From assembly GCA_964593365.1 (NCBI GenBank), contig CAZQGQ010000001.1, positions 178,384-242,383 on the forward strand: 64,000 nt of DNA. Direction: 5' to 3'. Of the stretch, positions 9,494-19,390 are shown in pieces. A program made the translations under genes and the position numbers. A model generated the notes under the pieces. It was given only the letters and a program-made list of their open reading frames with translations. It made no database searches and was not told the origin of the DNA. This stretch comes from an uncultured Candidatus Saccharibacteria bacterium (GTDB lineage Bacteria > Patescibacteriota > Minisyncoccia > Phycocordibacterales > Phycocordibacteraceae). How positions within the stretch are numbered: position 1 is the stretch's first letter; every line of letters begins with the position of its first letter.

Positions 9494-9540
9494 ATGATAG
9501 CGTTCGCATAAACCAGTGTCAATATGACAAAGCTGTCATA
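9494..9540. promoter_or_regulatory. Minus-strand sigma70 promoter of trmB plus palindromic operator candidate
   Basis: TTGACA-N17-TATCAT-N7-ATG on the minus strand; TATGACA-N4-TGTCATA at 9523-9540. Confidence 0.65.
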
Positions 9541-9607
9541 AGGGGAGGTGTCATCATAAATATGTTGACTTTACTGGATTTTCTATGATATTTTGCCCTC
9601 GCTACAT

Positions 9608-10015
9608 ATGACACATTCAACACCGACATCGACAGGCGACCCGTTCGGTTACTTACTTACCCTTGACCTATACGGGTGCCAAGAAGGCGCCTGTGATGAT
9701 CTTGATCTCTGTTATCGCTTCCTTGTTGATCTTGTAGAGAAGCTTGGCATGCATAAACAGTCACCGCCTTTCATATTCAGAAGCGACGAACAGAAGTATC
9801 CAGATAAAGCAGGTCTCTCCGGATGGGTTCCGCTCATAGAAAGCGGTATTCAGATACACACACTTATCCCGAAAAACTTCATATCAGTCGACGTTTACTC
9901 ATGTAGGGAGTTCTCGACAGATGAAATCGCCGAATTTGCCAAAGGATACTTCGCCTGCGAGGAGGTCGAGATGAACTTTGTCCTTCGAGGTTTGAAATAT
10001 AACCAAATAACCTAA
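9608..10015 (+). CDS. speD: Pyruvoyl-dependent S-adenosylmethionine decarboxylase-like proenzyme
   Basis: GYLLTLDLYGC, GLSGWVPLIE-SGIQIHT cleavage motif, SVDVYSC. Confidence 0.8.
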   Translation: MTHSTPTSTGDPFGYLLTLDLYGCQEGACDDLDLCYRFLVDLVEKLGMHKQSPPFIFRSDEQKYPDKAGLSGWVPLIESGIQIHTLIPKNFISVDVYSCREFSTDEIAEFAKGYFACEEVEMNFVLRGLKYNQIT

Positions 10016-10020
10016 ATCTC

Positions 10021-10836
10021 ATGACTCGCCCTGAAATGCCGTCTTCTGTAGAAACAGATCTTTCTGCGATTGAGAGCAAGGACTTCGGTACCTATTGGTA
10101 CTTGGTCCAGAAGTTCTATCACGAGAAGTTCTTCAACTCAGACTATCTGGGAAGCCTTATTGCGTATCTCGATAAACTACAGCCAGCTAGGGTCCTTGAT
10201 GCTTCCTGTGGCATTGGGTATCCAGCTATTGAACTGGCTCAGCATGGTTTCAATATCACCTGCAGTGACGGCGACGAATCGCTTCTCCGGGTATTTGAAA
10301 AGCGATTGAGAGAGAGCGATGTTGCGATACCCATCCATCACGCTCGTTGGGCAGAGCTCCCAGAAAAAATAGATGGAACGTTTCCGATTGTCCTGTGTCT
10401 TGATAGTTCGATAACGTATGCAAACTCATGGGGAAGTGAAGGAGAAATAAATCTGCCTCAGACTCGGGAAGAGATACGTAAATCCCTTCAGGGTTTCTAC
10501 GACATGCTCGAACCTGGGGGCAAAGCCGTAATAGGCCTTGGTGAGTACGCCTTTACCGATGATCGGGTAGAGGGAAAGATCGTCGATCTAGGCACCCAAG
10601 CGATAGGAGGCCAGACCGTTCAGCTTGTCTGGAAGCTTGAGTTTGACTATGAACAGAAGAAGAAAACCTGGCACTCAGTCTTCACTACTAACGGTAGAGA
10701 ATATACGCGGACATTCTATAGCTACATGCTCATGGCAGACGAGCTTGAGGAGCTATTACGAGAGGTTGGATTCACCGCTATAGAAACTGAGCCAACTCCG
10801 GGCGGGTACGACAGAAACGTTATCGCAACAAAATAG
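10021..10836 (+). CDS. Class I SAM-dependent methyltransferase (glycine/sarcosine N-methyltransferase-like)
   Basis: RVLDASCGIG, FPIVLCLDSSITY, LEPGG, LLREVGF. Confidence 0.8.
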   Translation: MTRPEMPSSVETDLSAIESKDFGTYWYLVQKFYHEKFFNSDYLGSLIAYLDKLQPARVLDASCGIGYPAIELAQHGFNITCSDGDESLLRVFEKRLRESDVAIPIHHARWAELPEKIDGTFPIVLCLDSSITYANSWGSEGEINLPQTREEIRKSLQGFYDMLEPGGKAVIGLGEYAFTDDRVEGKIVDLGTQAIGGQTVQLVWKLEFDYEQKKKTWHSVFTTNGREYTRTFYSYMLMADELEELLREVGFTAIETEPTPGGYDRNVIATK

Positions 10837-10896
10837 ACATCGGTTCAATCCCGTCGATGGCTCCCGAGAGTTAGCAACATACGTTAATATAGGGGA

Positions 10897-11268
10897 ATGG
10901 CAGGCAATAACGGACGTAATGGACCTCCCCCTCCACCAAAACCCCTAGAAGATTGGGAGCGAATCGATAGGATACGGCGCATTCTTGAAGATCTCGAGCA
11001 GGAGGATCAGCACCAAGAGCAGAGTATTGCGTCGCAGGAAGAGCAGGTTGCAATCGATGAGAGCGAGACAAAGCGCCTTTATGATTCATGGGCAGGCGTG
11101 CCGGAGGGGAAAGAAAAGTTTAAGAAGAGCATGGAAGAGCATATTGCCGCCAAGCGGAAAGAGATCGCGCGCCGTCGCGAGGTGCTTAAGGAAAGCAAAG
11201 AAGGGATAAAGAAGTTGAAGGAGGAGCTTGAGCAAATCGCTCGAAACCTTGATGTAACCAAGCACTAG
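10897..11268 (+). CDS. Hypothetical coiled-coil protein
   Basis: Glu/Lys/Arg-rich heptads and Pro-rich N-terminus. Confidence 0.6.
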   Translation: MAGNNGRNGPPPPPKPLEDWERIDRIRRILEDLEQEDQHQEQSIASQEEQVAIDESETKRLYDSWAGVPEGKEKFKKSMEEHIAAKRKEIARRREVLKESKEGIKKLKEELEQIARNLDVTKH

Positions 11269-11279
11269 GATTGTTTTCT

Positions 11280-12158
11280 ATGGCCGACGAAACAGTTAAT
11301 CCCCGCATTCTTGAGATTGAAGTGATGATGATGGAGCCCGATTTCTGGGCGGACAAAGACGCTGCGCAGAAAATCGTGCGCGAGTACCAGGCGTTGAAAG
11401 ACGGAGGCACGGGAGACCCGCTTCAAGACGGGGACGCGACGCTTGCAGTTCTTGCGGGAGCTGGCGGAGACGACGCGGAAGATTTTGCCGCGATGCTAAA
11501 ACGCATGTACGAAGGGTACGCGAAGATAAAAGGATGGGGCGTACGCTTACTAGATGAGAACGAGAACTCGCAGGGCGGATATCGAAGCGTTCTGCTTGAG
11601 ATCAAAGGTTCTGGCGTATACGGCCGTCTGAAGCATGAGGCGGGCGTGCATCGCCTTGTCCGCATCTCTCCTTTTAATGCAAACGATAAGCGTCAGACGT
11701 CCTTTGCGATGGTCGAGGTGCATCCGACGGAAGCTCCTAAAGATAAGATCGAGCTTAAGGCCGATGACCTCGACATCCAGTTCGCGCGCTCAGGAGGGGC
11801 AGGCGGACAGAACGTAAACAAACGAGAGACCGCAGTACGCATCGTGCACACCCCGACGGGGATAAGCGCTCACGTCTCAAGCGAGCGGAGCCAACTGGCT
11901 AACCGAGAGAAGGCCATGGAGCTCGTGAAGGCAAAGCTCTACAAGCTTCAGGAGGAAGAGCGTGAAGCGGAGACCGCAGGACGCACGCTTTCTAAGACGA
12001 CGGCGAACGAATGGGGCAGCCAGCGCCGTTCCTACGTCCTCCACCCCTATAAGATGGTGAAAGACCACGCCTCAGGGCACGAATCGGGGAATCCGGATGC
12101 GGTATTAGCTGGTGAGCTTGATGATTTTATAGACGCAGCTTCCGCGGGTGGGGTATAA
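11280..12158 (+). CDS. prfB: Peptide chain release factor 2 (compact form)
   Basis: [36 protein letters not shown]. Confidence 0.95.
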   Translation: MADETVNPRILEIEVMMMEPDFWADKDAAQKIVREYQALKDGGTGDPLQDGDATLAVLAGAGGDDAEDFAAMLKRMYEGYAKIKGWGVRLLDENENSQGGYRSVLLEIKGSGVYGRLKHEAGVHRLVRISPFNANDKRQTSFAMVEVHPTEAPKDKIELKADDLDIQFARSGGAGGQNVNKRETAVRIVHTPTGISAHVSSERSQLANREKAMELVKAKLYKLQEEEREAETAGRTLSKTTANEWGSQRRSYVLHPYKMVKDHASGHESGNPDAVLAGELDDFIDAASAGGV

Positions 12159-12168
12159 TGCACCGGAC

Positions 12169-12849
12169 ATGATTTATTTCGACAATGTGACGAAGACGTA
12201 CCGCGACGGTACTCCCGCTCTTGATGAGATAACGCTCTCCATCTCTCCAAAAGAATTCGTCTCCATTGTCGGACACTCGGGCGCAGGCAAGACAACGCTC
12301 CTCAAGATGCTTCTCGTTGAGGATCATCCAACTACAGGCTCTGTCTTTTTTGAATCGACCGACATACATACGCTTCCGAAGAACTCCCTCCACCACTATC
12401 GCCGCAAGATCGGCACCGTCTTCCAGGATTTCCGCTTGATCCCGCACCGAACTGCCTACGAGAACATCGCGTTTGCGATGGAAGCCGCAGGACGCGCAGA
12501 CGATGAGATCGCGTCAGACGTTCCCTACATTCTTGATCTCGTTGACCTTGGAGATAAGGCGAATCATTTCCCTAACCAGCTCTCCGGAGGGGAGCAGCAG
12601 CGCGTTGCGATCGGCCGCGCGATCATCAACCAGCCGGACGTTATCGTCGCGGATGAGCCGACCGGAAACTTGGATCCGGTTAACACTTATGACGTCATTG
12701 AAATCTTGAAGAAGATTAACGAGCTCGGCACGACCGTCATCATCACGACGCACAATAAGGGCGTCGTTGATTCTGTCGGCAAGCGCGTCATCACGATGGA
12801 CAAGGGACGCGTGGTGCGAGACGACGCTAACGGCCGCTATAGCCTATAA
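12169..12849 (+). CDS. ftsE: Cell division ATP-binding protein FtsE
   Basis: [34 protein letters not shown]. Confidence 0.95.
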   Translation: MIYFDNVTKTYRDGTPALDEITLSISPKEFVSIVGHSGAGKTTLLKMLLVEDHPTTGSVFFESTDIHTLPKNSLHHYRRKIGTVFQDFRLIPHRTAYENIAFAMEAAGRADDEIASDVPYILDLVDLGDKANHFPNQLSGGEQQRVAIGRAIINQPDVIVADEPTGNLDPVNTYDVIEILKKINELGTTVIITTHNKGVVDSVGKRVITMDKGRVVRDDANGRYSL

Positions 12850-12851
12850 CT

Positions 12852-13778
12852 ATGAACTGGATGACCCTCAAGCGAATTGCAATTAACGGAGCGAGAAGCT
12901 TCGCGAGAAGCGGTGCGGTTTCGTTTGCGACCGTGCTCATCATGACCGTTACCTTGGGCATCATCGGCCTCTTGGTATTCTTGTCTGCTCTTTTGACCTA
13001 CACGCTGAACGAAATCAAGGATAAAGTCGACGTCAACATCTACTTTGCTACAAGCGCTGCAGAAAGCGACATCGTCGCGCTCCAGAAGGATTTGACTGAG
13101 CTTCCTGAAGTCGAGCGCGTTACCTATACCTCTCGCGAACAAGCACTCGAGGAGTTCCGCGAGCGCCATGCTGGCGATCAGCTCACCCTCCAGGCCCTCG
13201 AAGAGCTTGGTGATAACCCCCTTGGGGCCTCCCTTGCTGTTAAGGCCAAGGATCCTTCCCAGTACGAGCGCATCGTTACGTTCCTTGAGGATGAGCCTGC
13301 GCTCTCAGGAGATGGCACATCGATCATCGACCGCGTGAACTATTTCCAGAATAAGCTCGTGATTGACCGCCTCACAGGCGCTATCCGGGCAACGGAAGCC
13401 GCAGGCGCCCTCATCGTCATACTCTTTGCGCTTGCCTCAGCGGTCATCACCTTTGCTACCGTTCGTCTTGCCATCTACACGACTCGAGACGAGATCGGGG
13501 TCATGCGCCTCATGGGAGCCTCGAACTTCTTCATTCGCGGTCCGTTCATCGTGACGGGCATCATGGCAGGCGTTATCGCAGCCGTCATCGTCCTGGTCGC
13601 CCTCTATCCGATCTCCTGGTACGCAGGATCTGCGACAGCATCATGGCTTGGCGGATTCAACGTCTTCACGTACTACACTGCAAACTTCCCGCTCTTCTTC
13701 CTGACGCTTGTAGGAGCAGGTGTGTTGCTTGGAGGACTCGCAAGCTTCTTCGCCGTCCGTCGGTATCTCAAGATCTAA
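12852..13778 (+). CDS. ftsX: Cell division permease FtsX
   Basis: Follows ftsE; EIGVMRLMGASNFFIRGPF. Confidence 0.93.
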   Translation: MNWMTLKRIAINGARSFARSGAVSFATVLIMTVTLGIIGLLVFLSALLTYTLNEIKDKVDVNIYFATSAAESDIVALQKDLTELPEVERVTYTSREQALEEFRERHAGDQLTLQALEELGDNPLGASLAVKAKDPSQYERIVTFLEDEPALSGDGTSIIDRVNYFQNKLVIDRLTGAIRATEAAGALIVILFALASAVITFATVRLAIYTTRDEIGVMRLMGASNFFIRGPFIVTGIMAGVIAAVIVLVALYPISWYAGSATASWLGGFNVFTYYTANFPLFFLTLVGAGVLLGGLASFFAVRRYLKI

Positions 13779-13779
13779 T

Positions 13780-15453
13780 ATGGCCATCAAAGGACACAAA
13801 TACATATTCGTCATCGGCGGAGTAATGTCGGGTGTCGGGAAAGGGATCGCCACATCTTCGATCGGCCTTATTTTGAATAGACGCGGGTTTGAAGTGAATC
13901 TTGCAAAGATTGATCCGTACTTGAACGTTGATGCGGGCACGATGAATCCGACAGAGCACGGTGAAGTGTTCGTGCTTAACTCGGGGCTTGAGACCGATCA
14001 AGATATGGGCAACTACGAGCGATTCCTTGGGCGCGACCTTGAGGCGCAAGACTACATGACCTCCGGCATGGTGTATCAGTCGGTGATCGCTCGCGAGCGA
14101 GCGCTTGAATACGGAGGCAAGTGCGTCGAGGCGGTCCCGCATGTCCGCGATGAAATTCTTCGAAGAATCGAATCCGCAGCTGCGCATAACGGAAGCCAGA
14201 TCTCGGTTATCGAAGTTGGAGGAACCGTAGGGGATTTCCAGAACGCTCTCTTTATAGACGCTGCTCGCGTTTTGAAGGCAAAGCATCCGGGAGACGTTCT
14301 TTTCGTGCTGGTGTCCTATCTTCCGGTTCCCTCGACTATCGGAGAGATGAAGACGCGACCGACCCAGCATGCTATCCGCGAGCTCTCAAGCTATGGCGTC
14401 CAGGCAGACTTCATCGTCGCTCGCGCGAACATGCCCCTCGATGACAAGCGCAAGGAGAAGCTTGCTATCTCGTGCTCGGTGCTTCCTGAGCGAATCATCT
14501 CCGCTCCTGACGTTGAATCAATCTATGACGTGCCGCTTAACTTTGAGAAGGATAACCTCGGAGACCTTCTGCTTGATGCACTCTCTCTTTCCACGTCAAA
14601 GCGAGCAAATCTTTCTGACTGGGAAGCGTTCGTGAAGCGCACGAAGATCAAGGAGCCGACGGTGTCGATTGGTATCGTAGGGAAGTATTTCGATACGGGT
14701 GACTTCGTCCTTTCAGACGCGTATCTTTCAGTCATAGAAGCTATCAAGTTCTCAGCCGCTGAGATAGGAGTAAAGGCGAACATTACCTGGTTGAATTCGA
14801 AAGATTCGAAAGCCCACGACGGGACAATGCAGGGCTGGGACGGCGAACGCTTGAAGGAGCTCGACCAGTTCGATGGAATCATCGTGCCGGGAGGGTTTGG
14901 CGAAACCGGCATTGAGGGCAAGATACGCGTTATCCAATACGCGAGAGAGAAGAAGATTCCATACTTCGGGCTCTGCTACGGCATGCAGCTTGCAGTCATT
15001 GAGTTCTGCCGTAACGTGCTCGGCCTCACAAATGCCCACACGGTTGAGATTAATCCTGCAACCGAGCATCCGATCGTTGATGTGATGCCTGAACAGAAAG
15101 ACGTGATCGCCCAGAGTAACTACGGCGGCACCATGCGCCTTGGGTCATATACCGCGGAGATCAAGAAAGGGACCATCGCTCGGGAAGCGTATGGCAAGGA
15201 CAAGGTAGAAGAGCGCCACCGCCACCGCTACGAGATCAATCCCGAGTATGTGGAGCAGATCGCCAAAGGAGGAATGACCTTCTCTGGAACCTCTCCAGAC
15301 GGCGTTCTCATGGAAATCGCTGAGCTTCCCAAAGACGTGCACCCATTCTTTCTTGGAACCCAGTTCCATCCAGAGCTCATAGCGCGCCCACTTACTCCGC
15401 ATCCGTTGTTCACGCAGTTCCTCAAAGCAGCGAAAGAGCGTTCAGGCAAATAG
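13780..15453 (+). CDS. pyrG: CTP synthase
   Basis: GGVMSGVGKG, DPYLNVDAGTMNP, GLCYGMQ, QFHPE. Confidence 0.97.
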   Translation: MAIKGHKYIFVIGGVMSGVGKGIATSSIGLILNRRGFEVNLAKIDPYLNVDAGTMNPTEHGEVFVLNSGLETDQDMGNYERFLGRDLEAQDYMTSGMVYQSVIARERALEYGGKCVEAVPHVRDEILRRIESAAAHNGSQISVIEVGGTVGDFQNALFIDAARVLKAKHPGDVLFVLVSYLPVPSTIGEMKTRPTQHAIRELSSYGVQADFIVARANMPLDDKRKEKLAISCSVLPERIISAPDVESIYDVPLNFEKDNLGDLLLDALSLSTSKRANLSDWEAFVKRTKIKEPTVSIGIVGKYFDTGDFVLSDAYLSVIEAIKFSAAEIGVKANITWLNSKDSKAHDGTMQGWDGERLKELDQFDGIIVPGGFGETGIEGKIRVIQYAREKKIPYFGLCYGMQLAVIEFCRNVLGLTNAHTVEINPATEHPIVDVMPEQKDVIAQSNYGGTMRLGSYTAEIKKGTIAREAYGKDKVEERHRHRYEINPEYVEQIAKGGMTFSGTSPDGVLMEIAELPKDVHPFFLGTQFHPELIARPLTPHPLFTQFLKAAKERSGK

Positions 15454-15632
15454 CCAAAACCCGCACTTTCGTACGGGCCTTGGGCTAGTGGATTAAGAGC
15501 GCAACATTGCGCCCCGTGCGGATCCCGTACACCTGCGCAAGGCACACGGACCGCAACAAAGAACAAAAAGGCGTACGGCAGGTACGCGTACGTACTATTG
15601 CACCATGCACCCAGTGAGGTGTCGATGAAGTT

Positions 15633-16799
15633 CTACTTTGAGAAGTCGATTGCTATCTCTCCTGGGCCCGATCCCGCTTCTTTCTCTTTGCGGTTCTTTC
15701 TGCAGGGAAGGGTGATGGTGACGATAGTCCCTTTGCCCAAATCACTTTTAATGGAGATGCTTCCTTTATGAATCTTGACGAGCTCGCTCACGATCGCAAG
15801 CCCGAGCCCCGAGCCTCCGCTGGCACGGTTTCTCGACTGGTCGCCTCGATAAAAGGGCTCGAAGATCCGGTCCAGGTCCTTCTCGCCGATACCGACGCCT
15901 GAGTCCTCGACGATAATGTCCATCTGTCCGCGGTAGTTGGGTTCGGTTGAGATCTGGACGGTCCCGCCCACGAGAGAGTAGTTAATGGCATTCTTGACGA
16001 CGTTGGAGACGATCTGTTCGATCGCTGAGGCGTTCCCCCAAACGAAGCAGTAATCGTTCTTGCTTACTACAATGCTTATACGCTTATGCTCAGCGAGGTC
16101 TTCAAGAGAGCTTGCGACACGCTCCAATATAGGGCTCATGTCGACGTTAGAGAATTCCATCTTCTCCGGACGAAGCAAGGCGTTCATTGAAAGGAGGTTG
16201 TTGATGATGTCTGAGATACGGTCGAGCTCTTCGATATTGCTTCGAAGCGTCTCCTGGGTATCCGTATCAAGGCGCTCATTGAAAAGTGCGACCTCGGTAT
16301 TGGTCTTGATGATTGAAAGGGGAGTGCGAAGCTCGTGGGCTACGTTCCCGACAAACTGCTTCTGGCTCTTGAGGGCGTTTCCAGCGGGGACGAGAGCGAT
16401 CCTCGTGATGAGGTAGCCAAACGTTGCAGCTACCGCTAAGACGCCTGAGCCTGCAAGCACCATGGCACGCTGCTTCTCGTACTCGAGGTTGTACGCGATC
16501 ATGGTGCTATCGAGGTTCGGGGCGGTTCCTGAGACGATACTCTTGGCGATGCTGTCGGTGATGCTGCTGATGAGGCCCGTGACGACCTCGTCATACATCA
16601 TAGATAGCGCGAAGAGCATGATGCCGAGCACCACGACGGCGAAGCCGACCTGTAAGAGGACGACGTTCCAGCCGGTTCGATAGAAGATGTCCCTGCGGTA
16701 CCTACGTGCGAAGGCGGTAACCGATTCCGCGAATGGTTTCAAATATGCTTGGAGCGTTCTTCTGATCGAGCTTTTGTCTGAGGTTTTTGATGTGGACAT
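15633..16799 (-). CDS. Sensor histidine kinase (start uncertain, overlaps the response regulator)
   Basis: Two TMs; VAHELRTPL, NAINY, DSGVGI, GSGLGLAI. Confidence 0.92.
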   Translation of the reverse strand: MSTSKTSDKSSIRRTLQAYLKPFAESVTAFARRYRRDIFYRTGWNVVLLQVGFAVVVLGIMLFALSMMYDEVVTGLISSITDSIAKSIVSGTAPNLDSTMIAYNLEYEKQRAMVLAGSGVLAVAATFGYLITRIALVPAGNALKSQKQFVGNVAHELRTPLSIIKTNTEVALFNERLDTDTQETLRSNIEELDRISDIINNLLSMNALLRPEKMEFSNVDMSPILERVASSLEDLAEHKRISIVVSKNDYCFVWGNASAIEQIVSNVVKNAINYSLVGGTVQISTEPNYRGQMDIIVEDSGVGIGEKDLDRIFEPFYRGDQSRNRASGGSGLGLAIVSELVKIHKGSISIKSDLGKGTIVTITLPCRKNRKEKEAGSGPGEIAIDFSK

Positions 16800-17376
16800 C
16801 GACGACGTTGCTGAAGGCTTCGTAATTGAAGTCCCATAGATGCGCGATGAAATCCTCGCGATTTATGACTTCGTTTGGGTGGCGCATGAAGTATTCCAGG
16901 AGCCTGAACTCTTTGAGGGTGAGGGCCACTTCCTTGCCGTCCTTGGTCACCTTGTGCTGCACCGGATCAAGTTCGATGTCGTCAGCCTTGAGGACTGTCG
17001 GCAGCGCTTCCGATGGTCGGCGCAGTATAGCCTGGATGCGAGCGATGAGCTCATCGAAGGAAAACGGCTTCACCATGTAGTCGTCAGCCCCAGCAAGAAG
17101 AAGTTCTACCTTATGTTCGGTTTCGTTTCTCGCTGTTAGGACGAGAATAGGAGTGGTCACCCCCTGTTCCCGGGCTTCTTTGCAGATCTCATTGCCCGTC
17201 TTGGAAGGGAGCATGAGGTCGAGGATGATGAGGTCGTAGTCGCCTGCGTGGACCAGGATCCTCGTGAGGGCCTCCTGGCCGTCCCCAAGCGTGTCTACGG
17301 CGTACCCCTTGGAGGTGAGGCCCTTGGACACGATGTTCGCAAGCTTCGGTTCGTCTTCAACGAGAAGTATTCGCAT
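16702..17376 (-). CDS. OmpR/PhoB-family response regulator
   Basis: LLVEDE, LDLMLP, GADDYMVKPF, NVVDVHIKNLRQKL, TIRGIGY. Confidence 0.95.
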   Translation of the reverse strand: MRILLVEDEPKLANIVSKGLTSKGYAVDTLGDGQEALTRILVHAGDYDLIILDLMLPSKTGNEICKEAREQGVTTPILVLTARNETEHKVELLLAGADDYMVKPFSFDELIARIQAILRRPSEALPTVLKADDIELDPVQHKVTKDGKEVALTLKEFRLLEYFMRHPNEVINREDFIAHLWDFNYEAFSNVVDVHIKNLRQKLDQKNAPSIFETIRGIGYRLRT

Positions 17377-17438
17377 GGATCCTTGTTAGTGGCGGGTAAG
17401 TATCGCCAGGGCGATAGGGCTACTCTCACAGATGTACC

Positions 17439-17454
17439 ATGAACGCTTCATGAA
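17439..17454 (-). promoter_or_regulatory. TTCAT-N6-TTCAT direct repeat upstream of the response regulator
   Basis: Minus strand TTCATGAAGCGTTCAT, 11-bp period typical of OmpR/PhoB boxes. Confidence 0.5.
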
Positions 17455-17575
17455 GCTTCTTCATATTATCATAAAAGAGGGCCTAGATATTGAATATTTC
17501 ATGAATATCGATTGAAGAATCGGCTTGACTACGGTATTGTCAGGAAACCACTGGCCACACTGGCCTTTGTGTCTT

Positions 17576-17646
17576 TGCGAGATCGTCTAATGGTAGGACA
17601 ACGGACTCTGAATCCGTTTATCTAGGTTCGAATCCTAGTCTCGCAG
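17576..17646 (+). tRNA. tRNA-Gln(CTG)
   Basis: TGCGAGA/TCTCGCA acceptor, ACGGA-CT CTG AA-TCCGT, GGTTCGAATCC. Confidence 0.95.
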
Positions 17647-17689
17647 CAGTCATGAATACCCTGTCTGGTGACCTAGACAGGTAACAGTC

Positions 17690-17727
17690 CGAAACGACCC
17701 GTCTAATGACCTAGACGGGTCGTTTCG
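17690..17727 (+). terminator. 16-bp perfect hairpin after tRNA-Gln
   Basis: CGAAACGACCCGTCTA-ATGACC-TAGACGGGTCGTTTCG. Confidence 0.6.
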
Positions 17728-17851
17728 TTCTATCTACACAAACTACGAAGATAGGTGCTCTTAACGCTATGGGTCAATAGAGATCCATTTATATGGGATC
17801 TTTATTGTGATAGAATTACTGGAAGGTTATATTCAGTAGCCTAACAATTTT

Positions 17852-19390
17852 ATGAGTAAAAAAGACAACAAGAAGACACTCAAAGTCCCTGCACTTAGGG
17901 TGAATCAGTGGCTAAAGAAGTGGGACGGTATTAAGTGGGATATCGGACAACACAGAAGGAAGCCGGAGAACTGTTTCTATGTTTTTTCGCTGTCAGCAAA
18001 GCAACTCAGAGCTCTTTCAGGTGTTTATAGGCGAGATACGCAAACGCGTACTGGTCTGCAAAGAACCCATGAGCCAAAGCGATCCGAGAATATCGGTAAG
18101 TACGTTAAATATGGATACCCTTGGTCTGACTTAACAGACGATCAGAGAAAGGAAGGGCGTTTTGATCATTTACAGAAACCGGGATGGCTACCTACAGCAA
18201 TTGTGGTAAACATTCTTACAAAGGACGATTCACGCAATGGGAAAAAAGTTGCAGCTGAAGATTTGATCAAAATCATAAGTGACACACAAAAAAATACTCA
18301 AATAGAGCTTCCAAAATCATTTACAAATTCTGAAACATGGAAAGTAAAACAGGAACGCCCCATCGAGATTATTGATGGGCAACATCGCTTGTTGGCTTTT
18401 GACGATGACGAGATATCCGGTGATTACGAATTACCAGTAGTTGCATTTTATGGACTGGATATTAGTTGGCAGGCATATCTATTTTGGACGATCAACATTA
18501 AGCCAAAACGAATCAACCCAAGTTTAGCTTACGATCTTTATCCATTACTGCGTACAGAGGAATGGTTGGAGCAGTTTGAAGGGCATAAAGTTTACAGAGA
18601 AGTTAGGGCACAGGAACTTGTTGAAATGCTTTGGTCAGAAGAGAAGAGTGCATGGTATCGAAGAATTAATATGTTGGGAGAAAGTGGCGGCCCTTCAGTT
18701 ACTCAGGCTGCGTGGATTCGAGCTCTTACTAAAACTTTTATCAAATCATTTGAGGGAGGAAAGAAAAATAAAATTGGAGGATTGTTTGGTGCGCCGGTTG
18801 GAAAAGACAAAATTGCAATTCCTTGGAATCGCGCTCAGCAAGGAGCGTTGTTGATCCATTTATGGAATGAGATAAGTGAGGCCGTTGAAAATTCCAAAGA
18901 AAGATGGGTAAAGGAGCTTCGTGATAAAAAGAAACAAGAATACAAGCGAGGGATTGATGGAGATGTTGCTTTATTCGGGCCGTATTCGTTGTTGACTAAT
19001 GACCAAGGTGTCTCCGTGGTTCTAAATATTAGCAATGACCTCCTCTTTCTGGAGAAAGACAAGCTTAACCTACAGGAGTGGGAATTTGATGCCGAGGGTA
19101 GCGTTACCGAAGCGCTCAGTTCACTTACAAAAAAACAAAAAAAGTTATCAGAATACGTATCTCGTCTCGCTAAAGCGATAGCAACTTTTGACTGGAGAAC
19201 ATCTGCAGCTGTGGGCTTAACGGAAAATGAACGGACGCAGAAACTTTCTTATAGAGGTGGTAGTGGGTATAAGGAATTTCGCAGGCAACTTCTTAAGCAT
19301 CTTATCAATGATGCTCATTTTGGTGACTCTGCAAAGGAGATCTATCAAGCTCTAGGATATGCCAAGGAAGACACCAAAAAAATCAAATAA
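17852..19390 (+). CDS. DGQHR-domain (DndB/ParB-like) protein
   Basis: GLQRTHEPKR, IEIIDGQHRL, FWTINIKPKRINPSLAYDL. Confidence 0.88.
   Translation: MSKKDNKKTLKVPALRVNQWLKKWDGIKWDIGQHRRKPENCFYVFSLSAKQLRALSGVYRRDTQTRTGLQRTHEPKRSENIGKYVKYGYPWSDLTDDQRKEGRFDHLQKPGWLPTAIVVNILTKDDSRNGKKVAAEDLIKIISDTQKNTQIELPKSFTNSETWKVKQERPIEIIDGQHRLLAFDDDEISGDYELPVVAFYGLDISWQAYLFWTINIKPKRINPSLAYDLYPLLRTEEWLEQFEGHKVYREVRAQELVEMLWSEEKSAWYRRINMLGESGGPSVTQAAWIRALTKTFIKSFEGGKKNKIGGLFGAPVGKDKIAIPWNRAQQGALLIHLWNEISEAVENSKERWVKELRDKKKQEYKRGIDGDVALFGPYSLLTNDQGVSVVLNISNDLLFLEKDKLNLQEWEFDAEGSVTEALSSLTKKQKKLSEYVSRLAKAIATFDWRTSAAVGLTENERTQKLSYRGGSGYKEFRRQLLKHLINDAHFGDSAKEIYQALGYAKEDTKKIK

Larger units (their letters stand above)
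8717..10864. mobile_element. tRNA-Thr(CGT)-integrated islet without integrase
   Basis: tRNA 3' end CGGTTCAATCCCGGCCGATGGCTCC (8717-8741) recurs degenerately as CGGTTCAATCCCGTCGATGGCTCC (10841-10864); AT-richer cargo. Confidence 0.75.

Noticed and set aside
11200-11290. Programmed +1 frameshift joining the 10897 ORF to prfB
   Set aside because: No CTT-TGA-C site with a correctly spaced SD; the upstream ORF does not resemble the RF2 N-terminus and prfB has its own ATG.
15454-15632. Possible structured ncRNA between pyrG and the kinase
   Set aside because: Only short weak hairpins and no recognisable family; cannot be supported without folding or covariation analysis.
16702-16799. 98-nt overlap of kinase and regulator as a dual-coding novelty
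   Set aside because: The kinase probably starts later at a TTG near 16743; short overlaps are routine in OmpR-type pairs.
17852-19390. Dnd phosphorothioation system
   Set aside because: A DGQHR domain alone is insufficient; no dndA/C/D/E or ssp genes in the window.
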